A DNA stretch of 64,000 bases, taken from IMG/VR virus record IMGVR_UViG_3300035428_000399, positions 25,124-89,123 of that record. One strand, given 5' to 3'. Numbering within the stretch: position 1 is the first letter of the stretch; each line of letters starts with the position of its first letter. The notes beneath the pieces are model-generated. The model saw only the letters and a program-made list of their open reading frames with translations, was not told the DNA's origin and made no database searches. Positions 1 through 9,529 of this stretch are shown one piece after another. Position numbers and translations under genes: made by a program. This stretch comes from a virus (lineage: Duplodnaviria; Caudoviricetes).

Positions 1-2
1 TC

Positions 3-848
3 GACTACTACTTCAAGAAAGACTACGGCGTGTTCAACTATGAGCACATCGAGCGCGCTGATTTCATGCAGGGCCGCGCTCAGCCTCCACGTCATAAGGG
101 TATAGACTGGTCCGTGCTATATCGCGAGGTAGTACCTCACCTGGAGAAAGAAGACCGTCGCAAGGTCAAGATACTCGACTTCGGTTGTGGCAAAGCTATG
201 TTCATTAACAAGCTCTGCCGCGAGCTGGGATATCGCTATGCCATCGGCTTGGAGTTCTTCAATCACAATCTGAAAGGTATCTCCATTGCGAAGGGACATG
301 AAATGATAGACGCTTTCATCGCCTACATAAAAGAGAATGGCATACACGACGGCGGTGTGTTCGATTACACTATCTGCGATGCAGTGCTCAATTCGGTAAA
401 CACTCAATTCGCCGAAGACGCCGTTCTTACCTGCCTCAATCTATTTACGAAGATGGGTGGCAAAGTGTTCGTTTCCGGGCGTTCAAAGGAGGTTGCGGAG
501 AAGCAATATAAGGCAAAACGCAACACCGTTGACAGCACCACGACGGTTCAGTTCTTCGACGAGAACGGTCTGACTGCTTTTATGCAGGAGGGACAGTGGT
601 TCTTCCAGAAGTTCCTCACGAAAGAGCAGGTCCAGGCAATGTTCGGCCGGTTCGGCTTCGAGCCATTTATGCAGTATAACAAGTCCGGCTACTGGGGATG
701 GGGAGCATACAAGGTTCGTGAGCTGACCCGTGAGGAATACATCGCTGCCATCAACTACGAGTTCAATCTCAACCTGCCTAACAATCAGTCCTACAATCGT
801 CAGGGAGACGTTCTCCCTCTCTTCGGACTGACCGACGAGAACGCCTGA
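3..848 (+). CDS. Class I SAM-dependent methyltransferase, 5'-truncated by the window edge
   Basis: The frame is open from position 3 (DYYFKKDYGVFNYEH...). Motif I ILDFGCG and a DAVLNSV motif are present. The track start at 30 is an internal GTG. Confidence 0.75.
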   Translation, partial: DYYFKKDYGVFNYEHIERADFMQGRAQPPRHKGIDWSVLYREVVPHLEKEDRRKVKILDFGCGKAMFINKLCRELGYRYAIGLEFFNHNLKGISIAKGHEMIDAFIAYIKENGIHDGGVFDYTICDAVLNSVNTQFAEDAVLTCLNLFTKMGGKVFVSGRSKEVAEKQYKAKRNTVDSTTTVQFFDENGLTAFMQEGQWFFQKFLTKEQVQAMFGRFGFEPFMQYNKSGYWGWGAYKVRELTREEYIAAINYEFNLNLPNNQSYNRQGDVLPLFGLTDENA

Positions 849-854
849 AAAGGC

Positions 855-945
855 TTGCAGATAGGATTAAAAATCTGTGCTGAAATTTGCGTAATTGATT
901 AAATTTCAGTATATTTGTAGTTGCAAATAAGATACTAATCAAAAA
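855..945 (+). promoter_or_regulatory. Repeated phage promoter module, copy a
   Basis: TTGCAGATAGGATTA (855) and TTGCGTAATTGATTA (887); -33 TTTG 886-889, 20-nt spacer, -7 TATATTTG 910-917; then TGCAAATAAGAT and AATCAAAAA. Confidence 0.85.
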
Positions 946-949
946 CAAA

Positions 950-1420
950 ATGGTCGAAATAGAATATTGCTACTTCCGCAATACCTACAAAATAATATGG
1001 TTGCGGTACGTCTATGGAGTAGACCTCAACACGCACTGCATGAAAAGTCTTCTTGGGCACAATGACAAACGTGTCAAAGGCTTTATGCGGTCTCTTCCTC
1101 CCAACATGGAATTGGAAGAAAGCAGGTTCTACTATCTCTGCGGAGTCGATAAGGATTTCAATTGGAACAAAAACCTCCATATTCCCTTTGTCCGCAGTGT
1201 GGGACAGACTCTTGAGATTGACAACGAGTTTGTCAAAATCAAGATTAACAATGCCCGAATGATTCACATTGATACGAGCTACATCAATTGGAATCTTCCG
1301 CAAGCCCGAAACAAGCTCTTCAACACCTGCAGGAATTGGCAGTTTGCGAATATGCTGGCGTCAATTCCCAGTGTGCCACAAACTCCTACACAATCCCAAT
1401 TAGGACTTTTCGATAAATAA
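950..1420 (+). CDS. Uncharacterised Cys/His protein, paralog of 16188..16691
   Basis: 156-aa ORF directly behind promoter copy a. Shares W..YV, HC, YxCGV, NLHxP and TCR motifs with the minus-strand gene at 16.2-16.7 kb. Confidence 0.8.
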   Translation: MVEIEYCYFRNTYKIIWLRYVYGVDLNTHCMKSLLGHNDKRVKGFMRSLPPNMELEESRFYYLCGVDKDFNWNKNLHIPFVRSVGQTLEIDNEFVKIKINNARMIHIDTSYINWNLPQARNKLFNTCRNWQFANMLASIPSVPQTPTQSQLGLFDK

Positions 1421-1432
1421 ACCAATTCTGTT

Positions 1433-1831
1433 ATGAGAAAACCCTCTCTTGACGAATTTGAAGACGCCATCCGAAAGACCGGCGGCAATCTCTCGCAGAC
1501 TGCCGGTCTTCTCGGTGTGACCCGGCAGACAGTCCACAACTGGGTCCGAGAAGACGGCGAATTCAAAAGCGTTGTGCAGGATTCCCGAAAGAAACTCTTC
1601 GACCAGTGCCTTGATGCGGCCCGCATTGTTGCTCTTGGTGTTCCACACATCGATCCGGCCACCGGGCATATTCTTGGCTGGAAAGAGAAGCCCGACGGAC
1701 AGATGCTCCGTTATCTGCTGTCAACACTTGGACGTGATGAGGGCTTCGGCGAATCCGTGAATGTAAATCTTGAGAATCCTTTACCAACAGTGATAAACAT
1801 CGTAAGAGATCCGGACGCAAAACGTGAATGA
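1433..1831 (+). CDS. Putative terminase small subunit (N-terminal HTH)
   Basis: HTH-like GGNLSQTAGLLGVTRQTVHNW, typical size, upstream of the large terminase. Confidence 0.6.
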   Translation: MRKPSLDEFEDAIRKTGGNLSQTAGLLGVTRQTVHNWVREDGEFKSVVQDSRKKLFDQCLDAARIVALGVPHIDPATGHILGWKEKPDGQMLRYLLSTLGRDEGFGESVNVNLENPLPTVINIVRDPDAKRE

Positions 1832-4511
1832 AATATACCTCATAGAGAAGGACGCGGAGGGCTATTATGAATTGTATTTTTATAATAGCCCTGCTTTGGC
1901 ATACTTTATCCAGAAGATACCGTCTGCCCGCTTCATCATGCGCGACAGATGTTGGCGCGTGAATCTCCAAGACCGCCTATTCGTCCGCGAATTCTGTGAT
2001 TATGCTGTGCGGCGCCGGCTAGCATCTTCAGTATGCCGTGTCGGCGACCGTGCGGAGGTGCAGGGCTATCCCGACAAGATGCCCGACCTGCAATATCCAA
2101 TTACCCATCTGAAGCTTCAGCCCTACGACTATCAAAGGAAAGGGATTCAGTACATGGTGGACCACAAGAGGTGTTTCAACGGCGACGATATGGGTCTTGG
2201 TAAAGATCAGCCCTACTCTGAGCCTATACTAACCCCTCATGGATTTGTGCCCATGGGAGACTTGAAAGTCGGAGATAATGTCGTAGGCGCAGATGGTAAA
2301 GCGGCAAAAGTGCTCAATATCTTTGAGCAAGGTATAAAAGATGTCTACACAGTCAGGTTTAGCGATGGGACGCAAACCCGGTGTGGATTAGAGCATCTGT
2401 GGAATGTAATAACGCCTAATTGGAAACGGAGAGGAAGTGGGTACAAAGTGCTCCAACTTTCGGACATAATTGGTGACCTATGCTACGAGGTGGTAGATAA
2501 GCGAGATAATATAACGCGAAAGAATTACAAGTATTCTATCCCGTTATGCCGACCGGTAGAGTTTTCAAGTGCGGCGAATCTACCTATTCCACCGTATGTG
2601 CTTGGCGTTATCATAGGCGACGGATGTCTTACAGCTCATGGTACAAGAATATCGAAGCCGAATATTAACGTCAGAGACGCCGTTGTTTCCGAACTAAGAA
2701 TTGTCGGCTCGAATGACGTTGTAGGTGGTTTTACGAAAGACGGAATGTCGTTTACCATAAAAAACAAAATTGGCAACCGACCCAGTAGTACGACGGAGGC
2801 TTTGAGGGAGCTCGGTCTATTTGGAATCACATCTAAACGCAAGTATATCCCTGATGTATATAAATATTCAACCGTGCAAGATCGCCAGGATTTATTGCGG
2901 GGCTTGATAGATACGGATGGGCATGTCGTGAAAACTGATTTCATAGAATATAGCACAGCCTCGCCAAAATTAGCAGAAGATGTGGCTTTTGTCGCACGCT
3001 CATTGGGCTATATGGCTCGATGTGAATACAGAGAGTCCGCATACAACAATGAAGGAAAGAAATTCGGTAATTACAGAGTTTATCTGTATGGAAGAACGTG
3101 CAGAAAAAATAAGACTATCACTAGCATAGAGCACTTTGGAAAAGAATTATCTCGATGCATAGTTGTAGATAATGAAGATCACCTCTATCTGACGAGAGAT
3201 TTTATTGTGACGCACAACACATTCCAGTCAATCGCGGCCGTCTCGATTGCGCGGGCTTATCCTTGCCTTGTGGTGGCGCCGGCGACAATGAAAGTAACCT
3301 GGCAACGGGAGTTTCAGCGTTTCATCGGCAAGCAGGCTATGATTCTCTCCAATGAGAACAAAGACACATGGCACCGCCACATGGAGACGGGCACCTGCAA
3401 TATCTTCATCACGAACTATGAGAGTGTCAAGAAATATTTCGTGAGCCGGATCCGTGGCCGGACTACCGTCAAGAATATCGTCCTCGATAAGAGAGCCGCC
3501 ATGTTCAAGTCGGTAATCATTGATGAATCCCATCGGTGCTGCAACAACACTGCGTTATGGTCGATATATCTTGAGGCTATATGCGCAAACAAGGAATATG
3601 TATGGCTATTGACTGGTACTCCTCGCATAACGAGCAATGTTGACTTGATTCAGCAGCTTCAGATAATGCGGCGACTTGAAGACTTCGGCGGAGCCGCAAG
3701 ATTCAGGGAACGCTATTGTCAAGGACCGGATAAATCGTCCAATCTCTATGAGCTACACTACCGCCTATGGGAAATATGCTACTTCCGAAGGGATAAAGCT
3801 ATCGCTCTGAAAGACCTCCCGGAGAAAACCCGCCAATATCTCACTGTGGATATCGATAACCGCAAGGAGTATGAATTTGCCGAGAATGACCTTATCCGCT
3901 ATCTCGAGGAATATGAGTCTGCTTCCGATGCCACTCTCAAGAGTGCTGCCAAGGCTACGGCTATGGTACAGATTAACCATCTGCGTCAAATATCTGCTCG
4001 TGGCAAGATGAAAGAGGCGAAGCAATTCATTCACGATGTTATCGACGGCGGCGACAAGCTAATAGTATTCGCTTTCCACAAGTCGGTAATGTCGGAGATA
4101 ATGGCTACGTTCCCCGGCAGTGTCTCCGTGACGGGCTCCGATTCGCAGGAGAAGAAGCAGGCGGCTATCGACAAGTTCCAGAATGCCCCCGACTGCAAGC
4201 TGATTGCCCTCAACTACAAGTCCGGCGGCGTGGGCATCACCTTGACTGCGGCATCGAGGATATTGTTCATCGAGTTTCCCTGGACTGCTTCGGACTGCGA
4301 GCAGGCGGAATGTCGAGCCCATCGCAACGGCCAGAAGAACGCTGTCAACTGCTACTATCTTTTGGCGCGGAATACTATCGATGAAAGAATACTTGAGATC
4401 ATTCAGAAAGAGCGCGAAGATTCAAGCGTCGTTACCGGCGCTATCAACAATATCGAGGAAAGCATTGTGGACGCGACCCTCAGACACTTTAAAAGCAAAC
4501 ATAAAATTTGA
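1824..4511 (+). CDS. SNF2-family helicase containing an intein
   Basis: Motif I DDMGLGK/T is split by an intein. IIDESH, LLTGTP and QAECRAHRNGQ motifs are present. Confidence 0.92.
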   Translation: MNEIYLIEKDAEGYYELYFYNSPALAYFIQKIPSARFIMRDRCWRVNLQDRLFVREFCDYAVRRRLASSVCRVGDRAEVQGYPDKMPDLQYPITHLKLQPYDYQRKGIQYMVDHKRCFNGDDMGLGKDQPYSEPILTPHGFVPMGDLKVGDNVVGADGKAAKVLNIFEQGIKDVYTVRFSDGTQTRCGLEHLWNVITPNWKRRGSGYKVLQLSDIIGDLCYEVVDKRDNITRKNYKYSIPLCRPVEFSSAANLPIPPYVLGVIIGDGCLTAHGTRISKPNINVRDAVVSELRIVGSNDVVGGFTKDGMSFTIKNKIGNRPSSTTEALRELGLFGITSKRKYIPDVYKYSTVQDRQDLLRGLIDTDGHVVKTDFIEYSTASPKLAEDVAFVARSLGYMARCEYRESAYNNEGKKFGNYRVYLYGRTCRKNKTITSIEHFGKELSRCIVVDNEDHLYLTRDFIVTHNTFQSIAAVSIARAYPCLVVAPATMKVTWQREFQRFIGKQAMILSNENKDTWHRHMETGTCNIFITNYESVKKYFVSRIRGRTTVKNIVLDKRAAMFKSVIIDESHRCCNNTALWSIYLEAICANKEYVWLLTGTPRITSNVDLIQQLQIMRRLEDFGGAARFRERYCQGPDKSSNLYELHYRLWEICYFRRDKAIALKDLPEKTRQYLTVDIDNRKEYEFAENDLIRYLEEYESASDATLKSAAKATAMVQINHLRQISARGKMKEAKQFIHDVIDGGDKLIVFAFHKSVMSEIMATFPGSVSVTGSDSQEKKQAAIDKFQNAPDCKLIALNYKSGGVGITLTAASRILFIEFPWTASDCEQAECRAHRNGQKNAVNCYYLLARNTIDERILEIIQKEREDSSVVTGAINNIEESIVDATLRHFKSKHKI
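2205..3218 (+). mobile_element. Class 3 intein with LAGLIDADG homing endonuclease (338 aa)
   Basis: Inserted at GLGK|T. N-terminus DQPYSEPILTP, block B CGLEHLW, endonuclease motifs LGVIIGDG and LRGLIDTDG, block F SRCIVVD, block G IVTHN followed by Thr+1. Confidence 0.92.
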
Positions 4512-4514
4512 ATA

Positions 4515-4754
4515 ATGGCAACCGTAAGAGACAAAATCTTCCTTCGCATGAAGGAACTCGACGTTAAGCAGACCGAGTTGAGCGAGAAAGTCGGTATCAA
4601 GACTCAGAACCTCTCAGCCTACCTCCGAGGAAAGCGCACGATTCCATTCGATGTGCTTGAGAAAATATGTATGGTGCTGGGCTTGACCCTCGGCAGCACC
4701 GATGTTGTGTATCAACCTTCTAAACCCAATCCCGATGTTCAGAGAAAAGATTAA
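4515..4754 (+). CDS. XRE/Cro-type HTH protein
   Basis: KQTELSEKVGIKTQNLSAYLRG helix-turn-helix. Confidence 0.85.
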   Translation: MATVRDKIFLRMKELDVKQTELSEKVGIKTQNLSAYLRGKRTIPFDVLEKICMVLGLTLGSTDVVYQPSKPNPDVQRKD

Positions 4755-4971
4755 AGGAAAGATGAACGAGTGCGGCATTTCCGTAAAGGAACTGTCTGAG
4801 CAGACGAAGATTAACCCCAGCACAATCTCGTCATTTCTAGTTGGCAACCGCGCTATCAGCAACGAGAATCTTGACACGATTCTCGCGGCACTTGAACTCA
4901 CGTTGGTGCCGAAGGCGAAGTTCACATATCAGGGCAACGAACCCCAGATTGACCCCGGTGTAAAGGTGTGA
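4735..4971 (+). CDS. XRE/Cro-type HTH protein (tandem paralog)
   Basis: SVKELSEQTKINPSTISSFLVG. Likely start is the ATG at 4735 (MFREKIKGK). Confidence 0.8.
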   Translation: MFREKIKGKMNECGISVKELSEQTKINPSTISSFLVGNRAISNENLDTILAALELTLVPKAKFTYQGNEPQIDPGVKV

Positions 4972-5045
4972 TGTCTTACGTCGAGTATTTACAAATTTTA
5001 CAGTATCCATGAAATAGGCTAAAGTTGTCAAAATATCAGCAGTGA

Positions 5046-6407
5046 ATGAGTGCGGTCGAGGTCCACGTTTTCAGCAAGCAAGCTCAGGCACTTGACTATC
5101 TGTCTCCCGACGATAGTGAGGTGTCCGAGGTGCTGTATGGTGGCGGAGCGCGTGGAGGTAAGACCTATCTCGGTTGCCTATGGCAAATACTGCGGAGAAT
5201 AACGATGGCCGGATCCGTAGGCTTCATCTGTCGAGAAGAGAGTGTGAAGCTGCGTGATACGACTGTCGTTACTTTTTTTGAGGTTTTGACAGACTTACGC
5301 CTGAACTCGGTAGTAGAATTCAACTCGACGCGACTTATAGCCAATTTCTCCAACGGGAGCGTGATATATTTTCGCGACCTGAAGCTCATGCCCTCCGACC
5401 CGGAGTATGACCGTCTCGGTTCCTATGGTATCACGGACTGTTTCATCGACGAAGCCCAGCAGATATGCGCCAAGGCTATCTCGGTTCTCAAAGGACGTTT
5501 CTCTGTTCTTAGTGGCAAGAACCCAGACGGCACTAGATGGCATACCATCCCGAAAGCCCTTTACACTTGTAACCCCCGCCGTAACTGGATATACACGGAC
5601 TTTGTGAAGCCGGCGAAGATGGGAACGATGGCGCCGCACCGACGTTTCATCAAATCCCTGCCTCTTGACAATCCCCATGTGGACCAGGCTTACATTGACA
5701 ACTTGCTCAAAGCGGACAAAGTTACAGTGCAGCGTCTATACTTTGGCAATTTTGAATATGATGACGACCCGGCGACGCTCTGCGATTTCGATGCGATCAA
5801 CGACCTCTTCACGAATGAGCATGTTCTCCCCAAGCCTGCGAGGTCTTGCTCGGCCGACATAGCCCTGAAAGGACACGATAGGTTTATCGTAACTGTATGG
5901 GAAGGAAATGTATGCCGTATCGTTGTCGATGAGGCCTATTCCCCCGGTAAGCAGGTTTACGAAACTCTGCGCGATGTTCTCAAGAAAGAGAAGGTCCCTC
6001 GTTCTTACACGATAGTCGATGCCGACGGTGTGGGCAGCTATCTGGAGAGTTTCTTGCCGGGCATCAAGGAATTTCACGGCGGAGGTCAGCCCAACAACCG
6101 GGCCAAGTATGAAAACCTGCGAGCTGAGTGCTACTTCAAACTGGCCGAGCTTATCAACGAGCGCAAGATTCGTGTAATATGTACCGATGAGCAACGCGAA
6201 AGGCTGATGGAGGAACTGGGTGCCCTCAAGCAGGCATACATCGACAATGATGTGCGCCGTAAGGGTATCATTCCGAAAGAGACTATGAAGATTATCATAG
6301 GTCGTTCTCCAGACTATATGGACGCGCTTATGATGAATATGTTCTTCCGCCGGACCAAGCCTACCAATGGGGCGAAGATGGCAGTTAAGTCGTACAGCAC
6401 TGAATAA
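5046..6407 (+). CDS. Terminase large subunit
   Basis: Walker A YGGGARGGKT, Walker B FIDEA, TCNP motif, nuclease acidic motifs SADIA and SPDYMDA. Confidence 0.93.
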   Translation: MSAVEVHVFSKQAQALDYLSPDDSEVSEVLYGGGARGGKTYLGCLWQILRRITMAGSVGFICREESVKLRDTTVVTFFEVLTDLRLNSVVEFNSTRLIANFSNGSVIYFRDLKLMPSDPEYDRLGSYGITDCFIDEAQQICAKAISVLKGRFSVLSGKNPDGTRWHTIPKALYTCNPRRNWIYTDFVKPAKMGTMAPHRRFIKSLPLDNPHVDQAYIDNLLKADKVTVQRLYFGNFEYDDDPATLCDFDAINDLFTNEHVLPKPARSCSADIALKGHDRFIVTVWEGNVCRIVVDEAYSPGKQVYETLRDVLKKEKVPRSYTIVDADGVGSYLESFLPGIKEFHGGGQPNNRAKYENLRAECYFKLAELINERKIRVICTDEQRERLMEELGALKQAYIDNDVRRKGIIPKETMKIIIGRSPDYMDALMMNMFFRRTKPTNGAKMAVKSYSTE

Positions 6408-6472
6408 AATCATGCAGTTAGTAATCACAAACGTCTGGGCATCACCCGGAGTAATGTAAGTAACTTTGAGAT

Positions 6473-7075
6473 ATGAATAAGAGCCGAAATAGCAAAAAAC
6501 GCAGAACGCGGACGCAACGCCGGTACACCTATGGGGAGTTTCTGGTGCTGTTCCCTTGTTGTCGCAAGACGCACCAGGACGAGCTGATGGCTACTCTCGC
6601 GAAGGCGAAGTGTCCCGGATTTATCTGTGGTAAGGAAGTTCCAAAAGACCTTTTCGCCATAAGCTACGGCAAGCTCGATGAACTGCGTAATGCCGCGAGT
6701 GCCGATGATCCTGCCGCCGAGTGCCTGAGAATACTTCTCGGTATAAATCCCGTTGAGGTTTATCGCTTGAACGTATTCGATGTTTTCGGCTTCATGCACT
6801 TTTGCAAGGACCAGATAGAGAAAATCAACAAACTCTTCTCGTCGCTGAAAGTGAATTACTCTTCCGAAGAACTGTCGGCCGGTGTGAAAGACTTACAGTT
6901 CGGTCCGTTTGGAGTCCTTGACTGGTACGCTCGCCGCATGGGTATCACGAATCAGAACGAGGTTCGCGAGGTAGCGTGGGTGCGTATCTACAATTGCATG
7001 AAGAATGATACGGAGCAGAACAATTATGAGCGCCGTCTTCACAAACAGTATATGAACCAAGCGAAAAGAAAATGA
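6473..7075 (+). CDS. Hypothetical virion morphogenesis protein
   Basis: 200-aa ORF in the terminase-to-tail operon; no recognised motif. Confidence 0.6.
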   Translation: MNKSRNSKKRRTRTQRRYTYGEFLVLFPCCRKTHQDELMATLAKAKCPGFICGKEVPKDLFAISYGKLDELRNAASADDPAAECLRILLGINPVEVYRLNVFDVFGFMHFCKDQIEKINKLFSSLKVNYSSEELSAGVKDLQFGPFGVLDWYARRMGITNQNEVREVAWVRIYNCMKNDTEQNNYERRLHKQYMNQAKRK

Positions 7076-7569
7076 GCAATCCGGCATTCGATACTGACAA
7101 AACACTCGGCACGGTCGAGGGCAAAGTGCGCGACATCGTAGAGAAGATGGGCGAAGACGTAGAGTACCGTTTTTACAACTGGGCGAAGCTCAATGTGGAA
7201 ATGGATACCATTACGAAGCCTACGATTGTGTATGTCCTCCCACCATCGGGCGACTTCTATGTAGATTTATATGCTCAAGAGATACGCGACTATCCCGAAG
7301 CTCAGATTGCTTTTCTTTGCTCAACGGAGTTTGACTTCGAGAGCGAAGAGAATGATGCTCTTATCGAGCAGATGAAGCGACTGTGCTACAAATTCATCAA
7401 GGCGGTCAACGAGAGTGGCTATTTCTCGCAGTTGGATGGCAAGCTCCCTTACCAAGTTCTATACGACCACCTCGACGAGAATGTGACCGGGGTAGTAATT
7501 ACGCCCGTTCTCGAAGAGGAAGTGGGGGTATCTATTTGCGATGAGGGATACAAGAATCCTGAAGAATAA
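7072..7569 (+). CDS. Hypothetical protein (possible tail completion protein)
   Basis: Acidic 165-aa ORF overlapping the upstream stop; function inferred from position only. Confidence 0.55.
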   Translation: MSNPAFDTDKTLGTVEGKVRDIVEKMGEDVEYRFYNWAKLNVEMDTITKPTIVYVLPPSGDFYVDLYAQEIRDYPEAQIAFLCSTEFDFESEENDALIEQMKRLCYKFIKAVNESGYFSQLDGKLPYQVLYDHLDENVTGVVITPVLEEEVGVSICDEGYKNPEE

Positions 7570-7580
7570 ACATATAGGAT

Positions 7581-8060
7581 ATGGCAGATAGCAACGAAAT
7601 ACTCAGGCAACATCTGACGAATATCAAAAACCGTATTGCGGAGCGAATGGCGGCGAGTCATCGTAACGCCAGCGGCCGCAGTGTGGCTTCGCTCAAAGTT
7701 GAAGTGGACGACGGTCATGCCGTTCTGTGGGGAGCCAAGTCTTTCCTTGTGATGGAGAAAGGTCGTGGACCTGGTGCTGTCCCGGCGGGATTCATTGAAA
7801 TCATTATGGACTGGGCCAAAGCGAAGGGTATATCTGCCAGTGCTAAGTCCGGACAGAATGTGAGCAAGGAAACCGCCATGCGCTCGTTTGCCGGCGCGGT
7901 GGCTTACAATATCATGAAGAAGGGCACGAAGATACATAGGACCAAACAGTACGACGACATTTTCACAACAGTGCTAAATGAAGAGCTTGATAAGATGAGC
8001 GAGGCTATGGCTATTAATCTGCTCGACCAAGTGTCGACCATAAATGACAGTACGCAATGA
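7581..8060 (+). CDS. Hypothetical protein (possible neck/tail completion protein)
   Basis: 159 aa with ASGRSVASL and EKGRGPG motifs; function inferred from position. Confidence 0.55.
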   Translation: MADSNEILRQHLTNIKNRIAERMAASHRNASGRSVASLKVEVDDGHAVLWGAKSFLVMEKGRGPGAVPAGFIEIIMDWAKAKGISASAKSGQNVSKETAMRSFAGAVAYNIMKKGTKIHRTKQYDDIFTTVLNEELDKMSEAMAINLLDQVSTINDSTQ

Positions 8061-9529
8061 GAAAGCAAGAGATTTCAATAAATGTGAACTCCATGTATTT
8101 GGGGCAAATGCACATCGAATATCCAGACGAAGTTGTGTTTGTCTTCAACCCTCTTTATATAGGGCTGACGCTTGAGCCCATTCAGGATGCTTACAAGTTC
8201 TCATATCTTAAATTTTCAATCAGCACCGGCTCCAATAATAGCGGTACTTCTAAGATAATCGAGGCCTATCTCTACAATGGTAAGACGCGCCTCTATATGT
8301 CGAAGATAATGGAGTTATTCTTTACTGATGCGCGTTTTGAGAGAAGCAAAACATTGTTCGCCAACATTATCGTAAGCGGTAAAGTCGTATGGAGCGTTTC
8401 ATTCATCTGCATCTGGGGAAATCTCGCAGTCGGCGACCGTTTCGCCCACTATGGTGCGTTCAAACTGGATAAGAACAGACCTTATTTCGAGAGGAAGCGT
8501 ATATGGTTCAGGAATTACCCATTCACAGTTTCTCTATTTGCTCATGGTTGGGGTTCCAAAGATCGCGGTGTGAGTGCGAGATACGACGGCAAAGCCTATG
8601 ACAAGAGTCTGCAAATTCACTATCCCCCTATTTGGGGTGTAATCAACAGCATCGAAGATGAGTGCATTAACGGTCTGTATGAAGCCGATACCACAGGAGA
8701 CGGCGACTTCCTTGAAGGTGCGGTTTTTGACAAACAAGAACAATGTTTCTATGGATCTTCTGATGATTATATCTTATACAAGAATTGGACGGCCGGTATT
8801 CTTATGCCTGGACCAGAGGAATTCAACCTCAACGGTAAGGCAAGAACAGATAGAATATGGGCGATGCAGTCCGGGCGCTTAGTCCGCTATGATTCTCGCA
8901 TAGGAGAACTTGTTGAGATTCCCTATGGAAGGAGCAGTGAAATCGGCATATACGAAATATGCCCTGAACTTGCTTTCCCGCAGGCGAAGAAGACAGTTAC
9001 TCTTAAACAGAAAGGCGAGCAGGTTGAAGTTAAGACCAGCCCGTTTGATGCTTCATTCGATTATACCTTCTGGTTATCCAATGAAATGTCAACAATAACG
9101 GAATTGACAATCGATTATTCCACTGTCGGTCATTACCTGCGGTGGATTGATCGCTTCGGTATGTTCCAATATTTTCTTTTCGTAAAGGGCAAGGAGACAA
9201 TGAAGAATAAACTAAGCTCGAATACCGTGGTCGAGGACTACACTGTCGGTGGTATGTATTTCGCTAACCATGAGCGTAACATTCACATTGAAGGTACGAA
9301 AACAGTCAAGTGTTGCGCTGTATCGTTGCCCCAGGAGATATACGACTATGTGTCATCAATCATCGCGTCGCCTATCATTGACCTTTATATGGGAAAGACC
9401 CGATTTGGAGACGAAATGTGGGTACCCGTCAATATAGTTGCTGCCAATCACGATTTCAAGCCTGACGAGCTACTTCACGACCTCGAAATATCATTCACAT
9501 TGCCACCCGTTAACGCGCAAACGCTGTAA
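8057..9529 (+). CDS. Putative tail protein
   Basis: 490 aa with a C-terminal YLRWIDRFG motif, upstream of the tape measure gene. Confidence 0.6.
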   Translation: MRKQEISINVNSMYLGQMHIEYPDEVVFVFNPLYIGLTLEPIQDAYKFSYLKFSISTGSNNSGTSKIIEAYLYNGKTRLYMSKIMELFFTDARFERSKTLFANIIVSGKVVWSVSFICIWGNLAVGDRFAHYGAFKLDKNRPYFERKRIWFRNYPFTVSLFAHGWGSKDRGVSARYDGKAYDKSLQIHYPPIWGVINSIEDECINGLYEADTTGDGDFLEGAVFDKQEQCFYGSSDDYILYKNWTAGILMPGPEEFNLNGKARTDRIWAMQSGRLVRYDSRIGELVEIPYGRSSEIGIYEICPELAFPQAKKTVTLKQKGEQVEVKTSPFDASFDYTFWLSNEMSTITELTIDYSTVGHYLRWIDRFGMFQYFLFVKGKETMKNKLSSNTVVEDYTVGGMYFANHERNIHIEGTKTVKCCAVSLPQEIYDYVSSIIASPIIDLYMGKTRFGDEMWVPVNIVAANHDFKPDELLHDLEISFTLPPVNAQTL

